The notes: generated from the sequence alone by a model not told the origin. 64,000 nt of DNA from an uncultured Bacteroidales bacterium (GCA_964615995.1 CAZTSR010000003.1:64327-128326); one strand, 5' to 3'; counted from the stretch's first letter, positions 6,659 to 15,221 are shown. Translations and numbers: made by a program.

Positions 6659-9011
6659 CCTGATTTCCTGTTCGGCCCGTATTCATAGTAATCCTCATTT
6701 TATGGTGATTCCCAGTAATGCATGCAATGCTTCATGCCATTATTGCTTTGGACCCAACAAAGGAAGAATTATCAATGAAGAGCAATTCAGTGAAAATATC
6801 AGTTTTATTGAAAAGGTCGTTCAAACTACACAACAAACCAAGGTACACATAACATTCCATGGAGGTGAGCCGCTGATGGCTCCGCTGAATATTTGGAAGA
6901 GCGGATTAAAATTAATCGACCGGACTTTCAAAACCCAAAAGCTTAAGCTTCAAATCCAGAGTAATTTATGGAACCTAACCCAGGAACATTGTGCTTTATT
7001 CAGAGATTACGGTATTTCATTCAGCACCAGTCTGGATGGACCTGAGGAAATAAATGATCTACATCGTGGGAAGGGCTATTTTTCCAAAACGATGAACGGT
7101 GTTGATCTTTTGCGGAAAAACAATATGAAGGTCGGGTCAATTGCCACTTTCTCTCCAAAAAACATGGACAAGATAAATGAAATCTTTACTTTTTTCGTCA
7201 GACAAAGGCTTTCATTTGCTGTACATGCTTCATTGCCACCGCTTACCGGTAAGGCAAATTCTTTTGTTTTGAGCCCTCAACAATATGGAACATTGTTATG
7301 TGACCTGTTCGATTTGTATGTGCCCAACCGCAAGTATATCAGTATTTCATCCTTTGATCAGCTTTGCCAATCAATCACGGATAACAGGGGCAAAGTATGC
7401 ACATTCAAGGACTGTACAGGCTCTTTTCTGGCCATTGATCCGGAAGGAAATATATATCCCTGTCAGCGGTTTTCAGGGAACCCTGATTATTGCCTTGGAA
7501 ATGTAATTGATCCGGAGATAATCAGCCGCTTACAGAATAACCCTGTTACCAACAGCCTGGTTGCTCATCATAAACAAATAAAAATTGAATGTAAGGATTG
7601 CGATCATATGAACTATTGTAAGGGTGGGTGTTATTATAACAGCAAAGCATCAAAGGAAACCAAAGACCCTTATTGCGAATCGTATAAAATGATTTTTAAC
7701 AAAATCAGGAATAGGCTGATCGGAGAGATGAGTAGTCCTGATAATTTCCGGGAAATTGTGGATAAACCTTTTACCAGCAATGGGAATCCGCTGCTTCGGA
7801 AAGGTCCTGTTATTGAACTTACGCAAAAGCCGCATCCGGTGACAAAAGCGATCAATTCGGCAAAAATTATTTCAGTTGTTGCCTTATCGCGATCAGCTAC
7901 AATAGACGAGGCCCATCAATCATTGAAAGACCTGGGCATTGGCGTTGAAAAGTCATACCTTGAAAATCTGAAAGAGCAGTTCAGCAGGAACCATTTCAAA
8001 TTAAATAACTGTTACATTCATACGACCTTTAATTGTCAGTTAGCATGCACGCATTGCTATGCAAAAGCCGGAAATTCTTCCGGCGAATCCATGCGTATTT
8101 CCCAGATAGCTGACATTTTAATGCAGGTGAAGGAAAACAAATTCAGACAGGCCATAATTACCGGTGGTGAACCGCTGATCTGCGACAATCTGGATGGTTT
8201 TCTGAACCGGATGATTGAACTTCGCCTGCAAATTGAGCCTGTAATTATTGTGCTTAGGACGAATTTATCCATGCCATTGTCAGACGGATTACTAGCTAAA
8301 ATAGCCCGGGCATTTCATCAGATTGTTGTAAGTGTTGACGGAGACAAAGAATATCATGAAAAGCGGAGAGGAGAAGGAACATACTCCAAAGTAACTGAAA
8401 ACATTCAAAGATATCAGCAGGTTATTCAAAATGTAAATAAGCCTGCTGAGTTATCAATAGGTTGTGTAATGCCTGCTGATGACATTCATGGGGGACCAGG
8501 TCAGAGTGTCCGTGATTTTGCTTATGCCAAAAACATAAGAAGAGTGAGGTTTAAACCACTTTTGCCGATAGGGAGAGCTGCTGACACATACACTTCCCTG
8601 GTTTCTGAGGCTCTGGATAGTTATGTTGACAAGGAAGAAGCCTTAAAGTATCCGTTTAAGCCATTTAAAACCTGTGGTATTGGTTATAATGTATACATAG
8701 AGCCAAAAGGCCATGTTTTTCCCTGTTATGCGTTTCACAAACCTCATACCTATATTGGCAATGTATTTGAATCGGGCTTGAACGGGATAGTGATGAGCGA
8801 GGCATTCAGGACTTTATCCGAACATAATGTGGATACCAACTCAAAGTGCAAAAAATGCGGATTTCGCTATTTATGCGGAGGCGCATGCCGTGCCTGGGGC
8901 CGGAATTTTACGCAGTATGATCTGGATGCACCGCCTCCCGATTGTGAAGGTCTGTATAAAAAGGCCGAAGATATCTATACGGCTGCGCTGGACTATCTGA
9001 AGAGCAGGTAG
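6648..9011 (+). CDS. fused tandem radical SAM/SPASM-domain enzyme (two complete maturase modules)
   Basis: 787 aa. Module 1 has CNASCHYC (6723-6746) and SPASM motif CKDCDHMNYCKGGC (7590-7631). Module 2 has CQLACTHC (8034-8057) and SPASM motif CKKCGFRYLCGGAC (8847-8888). GGEPL motifs occur in both modules. Confidence 0.9.
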   Translation: MTNNLISCSARIHSNPHFMVIPSNACNASCHYCFGPNKGRIINEEQFSENISFIEKVVQTTQQTKVHITFHGGEPLMAPLNIWKSGLKLIDRTFKTQKLKLQIQSNLWNLTQEHCALFRDYGISFSTSLDGPEEINDLHRGKGYFSKTMNGVDLLRKNNMKVGSIATFSPKNMDKINEIFTFFVRQRLSFAVHASLPPLTGKANSFVLSPQQYGTLLCDLFDLYVPNRKYISISSFDQLCQSITDNRGKVCTFKDCTGSFLAIDPEGNIYPCQRFSGNPDYCLGNVIDPEIISRLQNNPVTNSLVAHHKQIKIECKDCDHMNYCKGGCYYNSKASKETKDPYCESYKMIFNKIRNRLIGEMSSPDNFREIVDKPFTSNGNPLLRKGPVIELTQKPHPVTKAINSAKIISVVALSRSATIDEAHQSLKDLGIGVEKSYLENLKEQFSRNHFKLNNCYIHTTFNCQLACTHCYAKAGNSSGESMRISQIADILMQVKENKFRQAIITGGEPLICDNLDGFLNRMIELRLQIEPVIIVLRTNLSMPLSDGLLAKIARAFHQIVVSVDGDKEYHEKRRGEGTYSKVTENIQRYQQVIQNVNKPAELSIGCVMPADDIHGGPGQSVRDFAYAKNIRRVRFKPLLPIGRAADTYTSLVSEALDSYVDKEEALKYPFKPFKTCGIGYNVYIEPKGHVFPCYAFHKPHTYIGNVFESGLNGIVMSEAFRTLSEHNVDTNSKCKKCGFRYLCGGACRAWGRNFTQYDLDAPPPDCEGLYKKAEDIYTAALDYLKSR

Positions 9012-9346
9012 TTTGCATTGAGTCCATATGATATTCCAAAGCATACATGAGCCGCCTAAGATCCCTTAGGGGCTTATTGTATGGCTCAGGCCCTGCGGCT
9101 ATGAGCTTAAGGAGCTCCCGCTCGCGTCTATCTATGTTTTCTTCTTTTTGTTATTCAGTCAATGGTTAGTATGGAGTTTCTTTTACAAGTACAGGAAAAA
9201 TAGTTCTGGAATTAAAATAAAAGATTGATTAAATTATACATGTTACATTCGATTTCAAAACTTTAATAGTCAAAATTCCTAACTCATATCGTAATAGTTG
9301 AGCTAAAATGAGGATATTTGCACTCTTTTTTTAGTTTTATGATTTT

Positions 9347-10705
9347 ATGGCAAGGAAAAGCAGTCCTCATAATTTAGGGACAGAAGGAGTTGGGAAATTG
9401 CTGTTACAGTATTCGGTTCCGGCAATAATTGCAACAGCAGCAGCCTCTCTATACAATATTATCGATCGAATTTTTATTGGGCAGGGAGTTGGTCCCCTGG
9501 CAATTTCAGGCCTCGCCCTTACATTCCCATTAATGAATATTACTGCAGCTTTTGGTGCTATGGTGGGAATTGGTGCAAGCGTTATGGTCTCCATCAGGCT
9601 GGGCGAACACGACAGAAAAGGCGCAACTATGATTCTTGGTAATGCTGTAATGTTGAATATTATACTCGGTATTGTTGTTGCTCTTGTTACCTTTATTTTT
9701 CTTGAACCTATTCTCTATACTCTAGGAGCAAGCAAGGATACCTTGCCTTATGCCAAAGAATTTATGCAGATTATTTTGGCAGGTAATGTTTTTGCTCATC
9801 TTTATCTTGGTATGAACAGTATAATGAGGGCGTCTGGATACCCTAATAAGGCAATGTCCACAACACTCATTACTGTAATAGTTAACCTTGCTCTGGCTCC
9901 GGTATTTATCTTTGTTTTTAAATGGGGCATTCGCGGAGCAGCATTGGCCACTGTTATTGCTCAATTGATTGGTACTGCATCAACAGTTATTCACTTTTCA
10001 AAAATTAATAGTTTCGTGCATTTTCTTCCTGGATACATGAGGTTGAAAAGGGCAATAATTCGGGATATCGTTTCAATTGGAATGTCGAACTTTTTCATTC
10101 TTATAAGTGGTAGCGCTGTATTTATAATAATGAACCTTAGTCTTAAGAAGTATGGTGGAGATTATGCAATTGGTGCTTTTGGAATCATTGGCAGTATTGC
10201 AAATCTGGTGGTTATGATAGTAATGGGATTTAACCAGGGAATGCAACCAATAGTAGGATATAATTTTGGCGCACGAAAAACACCTCGTGTTATAAAGGCT
10301 TTTAAACTGACTATTTTTGCTGCGACATGTGTTACCAGCTTTGCATTTTTGCTTGCAGAAATTTTCCCAAAACTCATTGCAACAGCCTTTAATAATAATA
10401 GCGAACTTATTAATTTGTCGGTCACAGGTATGAGGCTAAACCTTATGATGTTCCCTGTTGTTGGCTTTCAAATAGTAACATCAAGTTTCTTCCAATCAAT
10501 TGGTAAAGCAAAAATCTCTATTTTTCTTTCACTTACAAGACAGGTTTTGTTTCTTATCCCAGCAATCTTAATTCTTTCTCATTTCTTGGGATTGAAAGGT
10601 GTTTGGCTCGGTGGCCCTATTGCCGATTTTTCTTCATCCCTATTGACTTTATTGGTTCTTCAATGGCAAATAAGAAAATTACATAAGACAGTTAACTCCT
10701 TGTAA
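9347..10705 (+). CDS. MATE-family efflux transporter
   Basis: 452 aa, 12-TM-like. The N-terminus LLLQYSVPAIIATAAASLYNIIDRIFIGQGVG is typical of the MATE/NorM family. Confidence 0.9.
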   Translation: MARKSSPHNLGTEGVGKLLLQYSVPAIIATAAASLYNIIDRIFIGQGVGPLAISGLALTFPLMNITAAFGAMVGIGASVMVSIRLGEHDRKGATMILGNAVMLNIILGIVVALVTFIFLEPILYTLGASKDTLPYAKEFMQIILAGNVFAHLYLGMNSIMRASGYPNKAMSTTLITVIVNLALAPVFIFVFKWGIRGAALATVIAQLIGTASTVIHFSKINSFVHFLPGYMRLKRAIIRDIVSIGMSNFFILISGSAVFIIMNLSLKKYGGDYAIGAFGIIGSIANLVVMIVMGFNQGMQPIVGYNFGARKTPRVIKAFKLTIFAATCVTSFAFLLAEIFPKLIATAFNNNSELINLSVTGMRLNLMMFPVVGFQIVTSSFFQSIGKAKISIFLSLTRQVLFLIPAILILSHFLGLKGVWLGGPIADFSSSLLTLLVLQWQIRKLHKTVNSL

Positions 10706-10832
10706 ATACGATACACAAAAAAAAGTTAGCCACCCTTTTCAATTGGTGAGTACAAGATGAACTCCTCAGGAATACAACCAGGGGAGCTTACAAAATTTCG
10801 TCAAAAAAATCATTTTAGTTTTGATATTTAAG

Positions 10833-10866
10833 AAACTTATATATTATATATTGCATATATAAGTTT
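10833..10866. promoter_or_regulatory. perfect 12-bp-arm inverted repeat AAACTTATATAT-N10-ATATATAAGTTT upstream of padR (candidate PadR operator)
   Basis: Read directly from the sequence. It lies 25 nt upstream of the PadR start, and a further ATAAGTTT copy is at 10879-10886. Confidence 0.45.
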
Positions 10867-10890
10867 ATTATATATTAAATAAGTTTAAAT

Positions 10891-11235
10891 ATGATTACGA
10901 CTGAATTACTCAAAGGTTCATTAAAGTCAATTGTACTGAAACTGCTGGCTGAAAACGGACGGATGTATGGTTATGACATTACCCGTAAGGTAGAAGAAAT
11001 AACCAATGGCAAAATTAAGCTCACGTATGGCGCCTTGTATCCTGTGCTTCATAAACTCGAAGTGGATGGGGCAGTGATTACGGAAGCAGAAAATTATAAC
11101 AACCGAACACGGATCTATTATAAGCTCACTCCTAAAGGTAATGGATTTGCAGTGGAAAAGATTAAAGAATTACAGGAATACCTTGAAGTAATGGCATTGG
11201 TACTGAAATCCAATCCTGAACTTGGGGTTGAATAA
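10891..11235 (+). CDS. PadR-family transcriptional regulator
   Basis: 114 aa. Contains YGYDITRKVEE...GALYPVLHKLEVDG, the PadR winged-helix signature. Confidence 0.9.
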   Translation: MITTELLKGSLKSIVLKLLAENGRMYGYDITRKVEEITNGKIKLTYGALYPVLHKLEVDGAVITEAENYNNRTRIYYKLTPKGNGFAVEKIKELQEYLEVMALVLKSNPELGVE

Positions 11236-11273
11236 AATTAGCCCTTATTTCAATCCTAATTTCCGATTCTGTT

Positions 11274-12599
11274 ATGAATTACATTTTGAATATATCGAAT
11301 ATCGAGTTCATCAAAAAAGAGGTGGCTGGTTCCGGACTTACCTATTCTCATTTGATGGATGAACTGATAGATCATGTTTGTTGCGATGTTGAACAGGAAA
11401 TGCGCAATGGCTTATCTTTCGCAAAGGCCTACGAAATGGTAAAAACCAAAATTGGCATGGAAGGTCTGGAACGCATACAACATGAGACCCTTTATTTAAT
11501 TGATAAAAAATATCGAATTATGAAAAATATCATGAAGTTTTCAGGATTGGCCGCGCCCATCGTGCTGGCCTTTGGTTCACTATTTAAAATTCAGCATTGG
11601 CCGGGTGCCGGTGTTATGTTTGTATTTGGCTTCTTTTTGCTTTGTTTTATATTCCTGCCCAGCGCCATTTATGTCAGCTATAAGGAAGTCAGCAACTTTA
11701 CAAGAAAATGGACACATATTGTGGGCTTTCTTGGAACCTTTTTCATTTCAATCGGGTTCTTGTTTAAAGTCCAGCACTGGCCTTTTGCAGGCATTGCCTT
11801 AACCATTGGCATTATAGTAAGCTGTCTGCTTTTTTTGCCCATGGTGCTCCGAAACCAGCTGAAGGATCGAAACAATCCTGTTCCAAAGTTTGTCTTTGTA
11901 ATTGCATTTGCCGGATTCATGGGAGATCTGGCCGGATTTTTACTCAAAATTATGCATTGGCCCGGGGCAGGAGTTATTATGATAGCCGGATGCATTTTGC
12001 TTGTAATTGTTGCATTTCCATTATATGTATATCATGCTTACAAAGATCGTTTGCACATTGCTAACAGCTTTGTATTTATTCTGATTGTGATGATATGGTA
12101 TATCATTCCGATAACTCTAATCTCATTAAATCTTTCAAGGGAAGTTTTGAGCAATGTATATGAACAAAATCAGTCATTGAAAAATGATCTCGAATTTCTG
12201 GAAGAGATCAATCTCGTCACGGTTGAGGGCATAAAGGACAATCAATCTGTATATATTGTTAATGATCAATCAAGGAGCCTGATGGAATTCATCGGAGAGA
12301 TGAAAGTTAAATTACAAGATCATAAAATGCCGGATAGTGTTGAAATGATTCAATTGACCAACCGGGTTAATGCATATGAAAGTCAATTGATGTCTTTAGT
12401 AAATGATGAAAAATACCGTGCAGTTATTAGCCGGACACTTGAAGAACCTTCAGGTTTAAGAGATCAGCCATTTGATAATCCTGATTTGCTTCTGAATCAT
12501 TTAATATTTCTTCAAATGAATATCGGGATAGCTGAACAAACCGCTTTAAAGCATTTACAGATGAAAAATAGTCAGGCAATCCAGGCAATCAACAAGTAA
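11274..12599 (+). CDS. membrane protein with three 60-aa GldL-like TM-hairpin repeats and a GldM-like helix/periplasmic tail
   Basis: 441 aa. FKIQHWPGAG, FKVQHWPFAG and LKIMHWPGAG motifs begin at 11583, 11763 and 11943, exactly 180 nt apart. A later LNLSREVLSNVYEQN segment resembles the GldM N-terminal LNVSKEVL helix. Confidence 0.8.
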   Translation: MNYILNISNIEFIKKEVAGSGLTYSHLMDELIDHVCCDVEQEMRNGLSFAKAYEMVKTKIGMEGLERIQHETLYLIDKKYRIMKNIMKFSGLAAPIVLAFGSLFKIQHWPGAGVMFVFGFFLLCFIFLPSAIYVSYKEVSNFTRKWTHIVGFLGTFFISIGFLFKVQHWPFAGIALTIGIIVSCLLFLPMVLRNQLKDRNNPVPKFVFVIAFAGFMGDLAGFLLKIMHWPGAGVIMIAGCILLVIVAFPLYVYHAYKDRLHIANSFVFILIVMIWYIIPITLISLNLSREVLSNVYEQNQSLKNDLEFLEEINLVTVEGIKDNQSVYIVNDQSRSLMEFIGEMKVKLQDHKMPDSVEMIQLTNRVNAYESQLMSLVNDEKYRAVISRTLEEPSGLRDQPFDNPDLLLNHLIFLQMNIGIAEQTALKHLQMKNSQAIQAINK

Positions 12600-12611
12600 A
12601 ATCATAAAGAA

Positions 12612-13547
12612 ATGAAAAACAAAATATATTATCTCGGAATATTTTCAGGAATAGTAACCGCATCTGGCTGCATTTTTAAAATTATGCACTGGCCGGGGGC
12701 AGGAGTATTATTAACCATTGGATTATTATTTCTATCGTTGCTTTTTCTTCCTGTTGCCATTGCAAACATGGTCAAAATGGAGAACGACAGGAAACTTAAG
12801 ATTTTTTACATCCTGACTGCCATTGTTATGTCTTTTAATTTTTTAGGAGCCTTGTTTAAAATAATGCATTGGCACGGTGCAGGTATTATCATGATGATTG
12901 CTATTCCTTTGCCGTTTGTTGTTTTGTTACCTGTCTGGGTATATTCCAATGGAGCAGTTAATAAGATCAATTGTAAAAATATCCTGGCTGTCATGTTCTT
13001 CTTTGCATACTTTGCAGCGATATCAAGTGTACTTGCACTCAGTGTATCCAAAAGAGTAGTTGAAGATTTTGATACATCCGCACTTATTGTACAGGAAAAA
13101 ACGATGACATTAAAGGAGAATACAGCACTGGTTTCAGGTTATTCTGAGATAAATAATCCGCTAAGCCATGAAGCAGAAAGACTTTGTAATAAAATTGCAG
13201 ATGTGAAAAGCTTGATTCTTAAAGGCGGCCAACAGGAATTATCGAGGAAGCATTTTGTATACCCGGATGTAAAGCCGGTGATTGAAACCCGGTATCTGAC
13301 CGAATTAAAAACAGAAATTATGAATTTCCGCAATCTGGTTCAAAAGCAGTATGGATCAGAGAGTCGGATTTACAAGTATGTTGAAGAAACTTTTACGGTT
13401 TATGCCGATAACGCAGATGATGTTCGCTGGGAGGACGCCTGGTTGAATAAAAACATCATTGCCTCAGCTATAGAAAGTCTGAACCTTTTGGAATTCAGGG
13501 TGAGATTGGTAGTGTTGGCGGGTCTTAGCGAATCGTCACAAATATAG
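12612..13547 (+). CDS. paralogous membrane protein with two GldL-like hairpin repeats and a GldM-like segment
   Basis: 311 aa. FKIMHWPGAG begins at 12675 and FKIMHWHGAG at 12855, 180 nt apart, followed by LALSVSKRVVEDF. Confidence 0.8.
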   Translation: MKNKIYYLGIFSGIVTASGCIFKIMHWPGAGVLLTIGLLFLSLLFLPVAIANMVKMENDRKLKIFYILTAIVMSFNFLGALFKIMHWHGAGIIMMIAIPLPFVVLLPVWVYSNGAVNKINCKNILAVMFFFAYFAAISSVLALSVSKRVVEDFDTSALIVQEKTMTLKENTALVSGYSEINNPLSHEAERLCNKIADVKSLILKGGQQELSRKHFVYPDVKPVIETRYLTELKTEIMNFRNLVQKQYGSESRIYKYVEETFTVYADNADDVRWEDAWLNKNIIASAIESLNLLEFRVRLVVLAGLSESSQI

Positions 13548-13563
13548 TATCTGAACATTTGTT

Positions 13564-13587
13564 AGAGACGCACGGCCGTGCGTCTCT
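13564..13587. terminator. bidirectional hairpin AGAGACGCAC-GGCC-GTGCGTCTCT between convergent genes
   Basis: Perfect 10-bp GC-rich stem followed by ATTTT. It sits between the 311-aa gene and the mnmE stop. Confidence 0.6.
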
Positions 13588-14989
13588 ATTTTCCGATACA
13601 GAAATTCTTGAAGATATTGCCCAATACCTCGTCGGTTGTGATTTCACCGGTAATTTCACCCAGGTAATGAAGTGCTTCACGAATGTCCTGGGCCAGAAGA
13701 TCTCCGTGAAGGTTCTGGTTAAGTCCCGAATTTGCCCTTTTAAGAGCTTCCAGGGCATTATTAAGGGCTTCGTAATGACGAACATTTGTGATGATCACAT
13801 CGTTCTCATTCGTTGCGCTGAGACCCGTAATATCAATCAGGGCTTGTTCCAAAAGGAGCAGATTGGTGCCGCCTTTGGCTGAAAGGGAAATCAAAATTTC
13901 TTCAGGTTTCAGGAATTTCCTGAATTTGTCAGCAACAAGGTTTAGTTGATCTGCCGGTATGCGGTCGATTTTGTTCAACACCACAATTCGTTTGGCGGCA
14001 TCAGGCGATTCAGCCATTTTGGCAGCGAGGGTGACAATTTCTTCAGGATTATCTGAAGGATCCATCAACTGAATGATGACAGAAGCCTGTTCCACCTTTT
14101 GCCAGGTGCGCTCAATGCCCAGTTGCTCAATTACATCTTCTGTGTGACGTATTCCGGCCGTGTCAATGAGCCTGAAATGCACGCCCCTGATGCTGATTAT
14201 ATCTTCTATTGAATCCCTTGTGGTCCCAGCAATCTCAGACACTATCGCTTTCTCTTCGCGAAGAAGGAGGTTGAGAAGGGTAGACTTGCCTGCATTGGTA
14301 TTTCCCACAATGGCAACCGGAATTCCTTGTTTAATCACATTTCCAAAGGAAAACGAATTGCTCAGGCTTTCAAGGGTTGTTGTAATATCGTGGATCAGTT
14401 GCTGTAATTGCTTTCGATCGGCAAATTCCACATCTTCTTCGCTGAAATCCAGTTCAAGTTCTACCAGGGAGGTAAAGCTCAACAATTGATTGCGCAATTT
14501 TTTAATTTCTTTTGTAAAACCGCCCCGCATCTGGTTCATAGCAATGCGGTGCGCAGCTTGTGAGCCTGAAGCAATCAAATCGGCCACAGCTTCCACCTGA
14601 GTCAGGTCAAGCTTCCCATTAAAGAAAGCACGCATGGTAAATTCCCCTGCAGTGGCCATTCGTGCGCCGGATTTCACCAGAAGTTCCAGGATCTTCTTTT
14701 GAATATACGGAGAACCGTGACAGCTGATCTCAATAATATCTTCACCTGAATAGGAGTGCGGTGCACGAAATACAGCGGCCACAACCTGGTCAATAACCTG
14801 GTCCCCGTCGTAAACCGAACAGAAATGAATGGTGTTGGCCGGAACTTCCGAGAGCTTTTGTTTTGAAGGAAGCCTGATGATCCGGTCGCATATGGAAAGT
14901 GCATTGCTGCCACTGCATCTGACTATAGCAATGGCTCCTTTACCGGGCGGTGTGGAAATGGCGCAGATGGTATCTTCTCTTGAGTACAA
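13586..14989 (-). CDS. mnmE: tRNA modification GTPase MnmE (TrmE)
   Basis: 467 aa. G-domain motifs GNTNAGKSTLLN and DTAGIR, plus the C-terminal CIGK motif. Confidence 0.95.
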   Translation of the reverse strand: MYSREDTICAISTPPGKGAIAIVRCSGSNALSICDRIIRLPSKQKLSEVPANTIHFCSVYDGDQVIDQVVAAVFRAPHSYSGEDIIEISCHGSPYIQKKILELLVKSGARMATAGEFTMRAFFNGKLDLTQVEAVADLIASGSQAAHRIAMNQMRGGFTKEIKKLRNQLLSFTSLVELELDFSEEDVEFADRKQLQQLIHDITTTLESLSNSFSFGNVIKQGIPVAIVGNTNAGKSTLLNLLLREEKAIVSEIAGTTRDSIEDIISIRGVHFRLIDTAGIRHTEDVIEQLGIERTWQKVEQASVIIQLMDPSDNPEEIVTLAAKMAESPDAAKRIVVLNKIDRIPADQLNLVADKFRKFLKPEEILISLSAKGGTNLLLLEQALIDITGLSATNENDVIITNVRHYEALNNALEALKRANSGLNQNLHGDLLAQDIREALHYLGEITGEITTDEVLGNIFKNFCIGK

Positions 14990-15075
14990 ATCAATCAGTA
15001 TTGAGCCACAAAATTATTCATAAATCTGGTTTTCATACCCATTTTAATGAGAATTGCACCAAGATACTCTTTGTC

Positions 15076-15159
15076 GTGACAGATTACCGAATACTGATTA
15101 CTGGTTACCCGTTTCCCATCTTCCTCACCTCATCACTTCATTTCTTCTTCACCTTTCTT
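15076..15159. repeat. 7-8 nt periodic degenerate tandem repeats (ATTACYG / TCACYTCA types)
   Basis: Reads gtgacag attaccg aatactg attactg gttaccc gtttccc ... tcacctc atcactt c... in the mnmE-sucD intergenic region. Confidence 0.6.
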
Positions 15160-15191
15160 AACAACTAATTTTTTCAAACCCATTTTTATAT

Positions 15192-15199
15192 TATTTTTG
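15192..15199 (+). promoter_or_regulatory. -7 box TATTTTTG upstream of sucD
   Basis: Matches TAnnTTTG, 23 nt upstream of the ATG at 15222. Confidence 0.4.
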
Positions 15200-15221
15200 A
15201 CGATCACTTTATAATTAGTTC

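Noticed and set aside
9347-10705. MATE transporter considered as a dedicated exporter of the HEAT/rSAM product
   Set aside because: It is separated by 335 nt of AT-rich DNA containing a possible hairpin. The putative substrate is a roughly 100-kDa protein, which is not a MATE-type cargo. The linkage is only positional.
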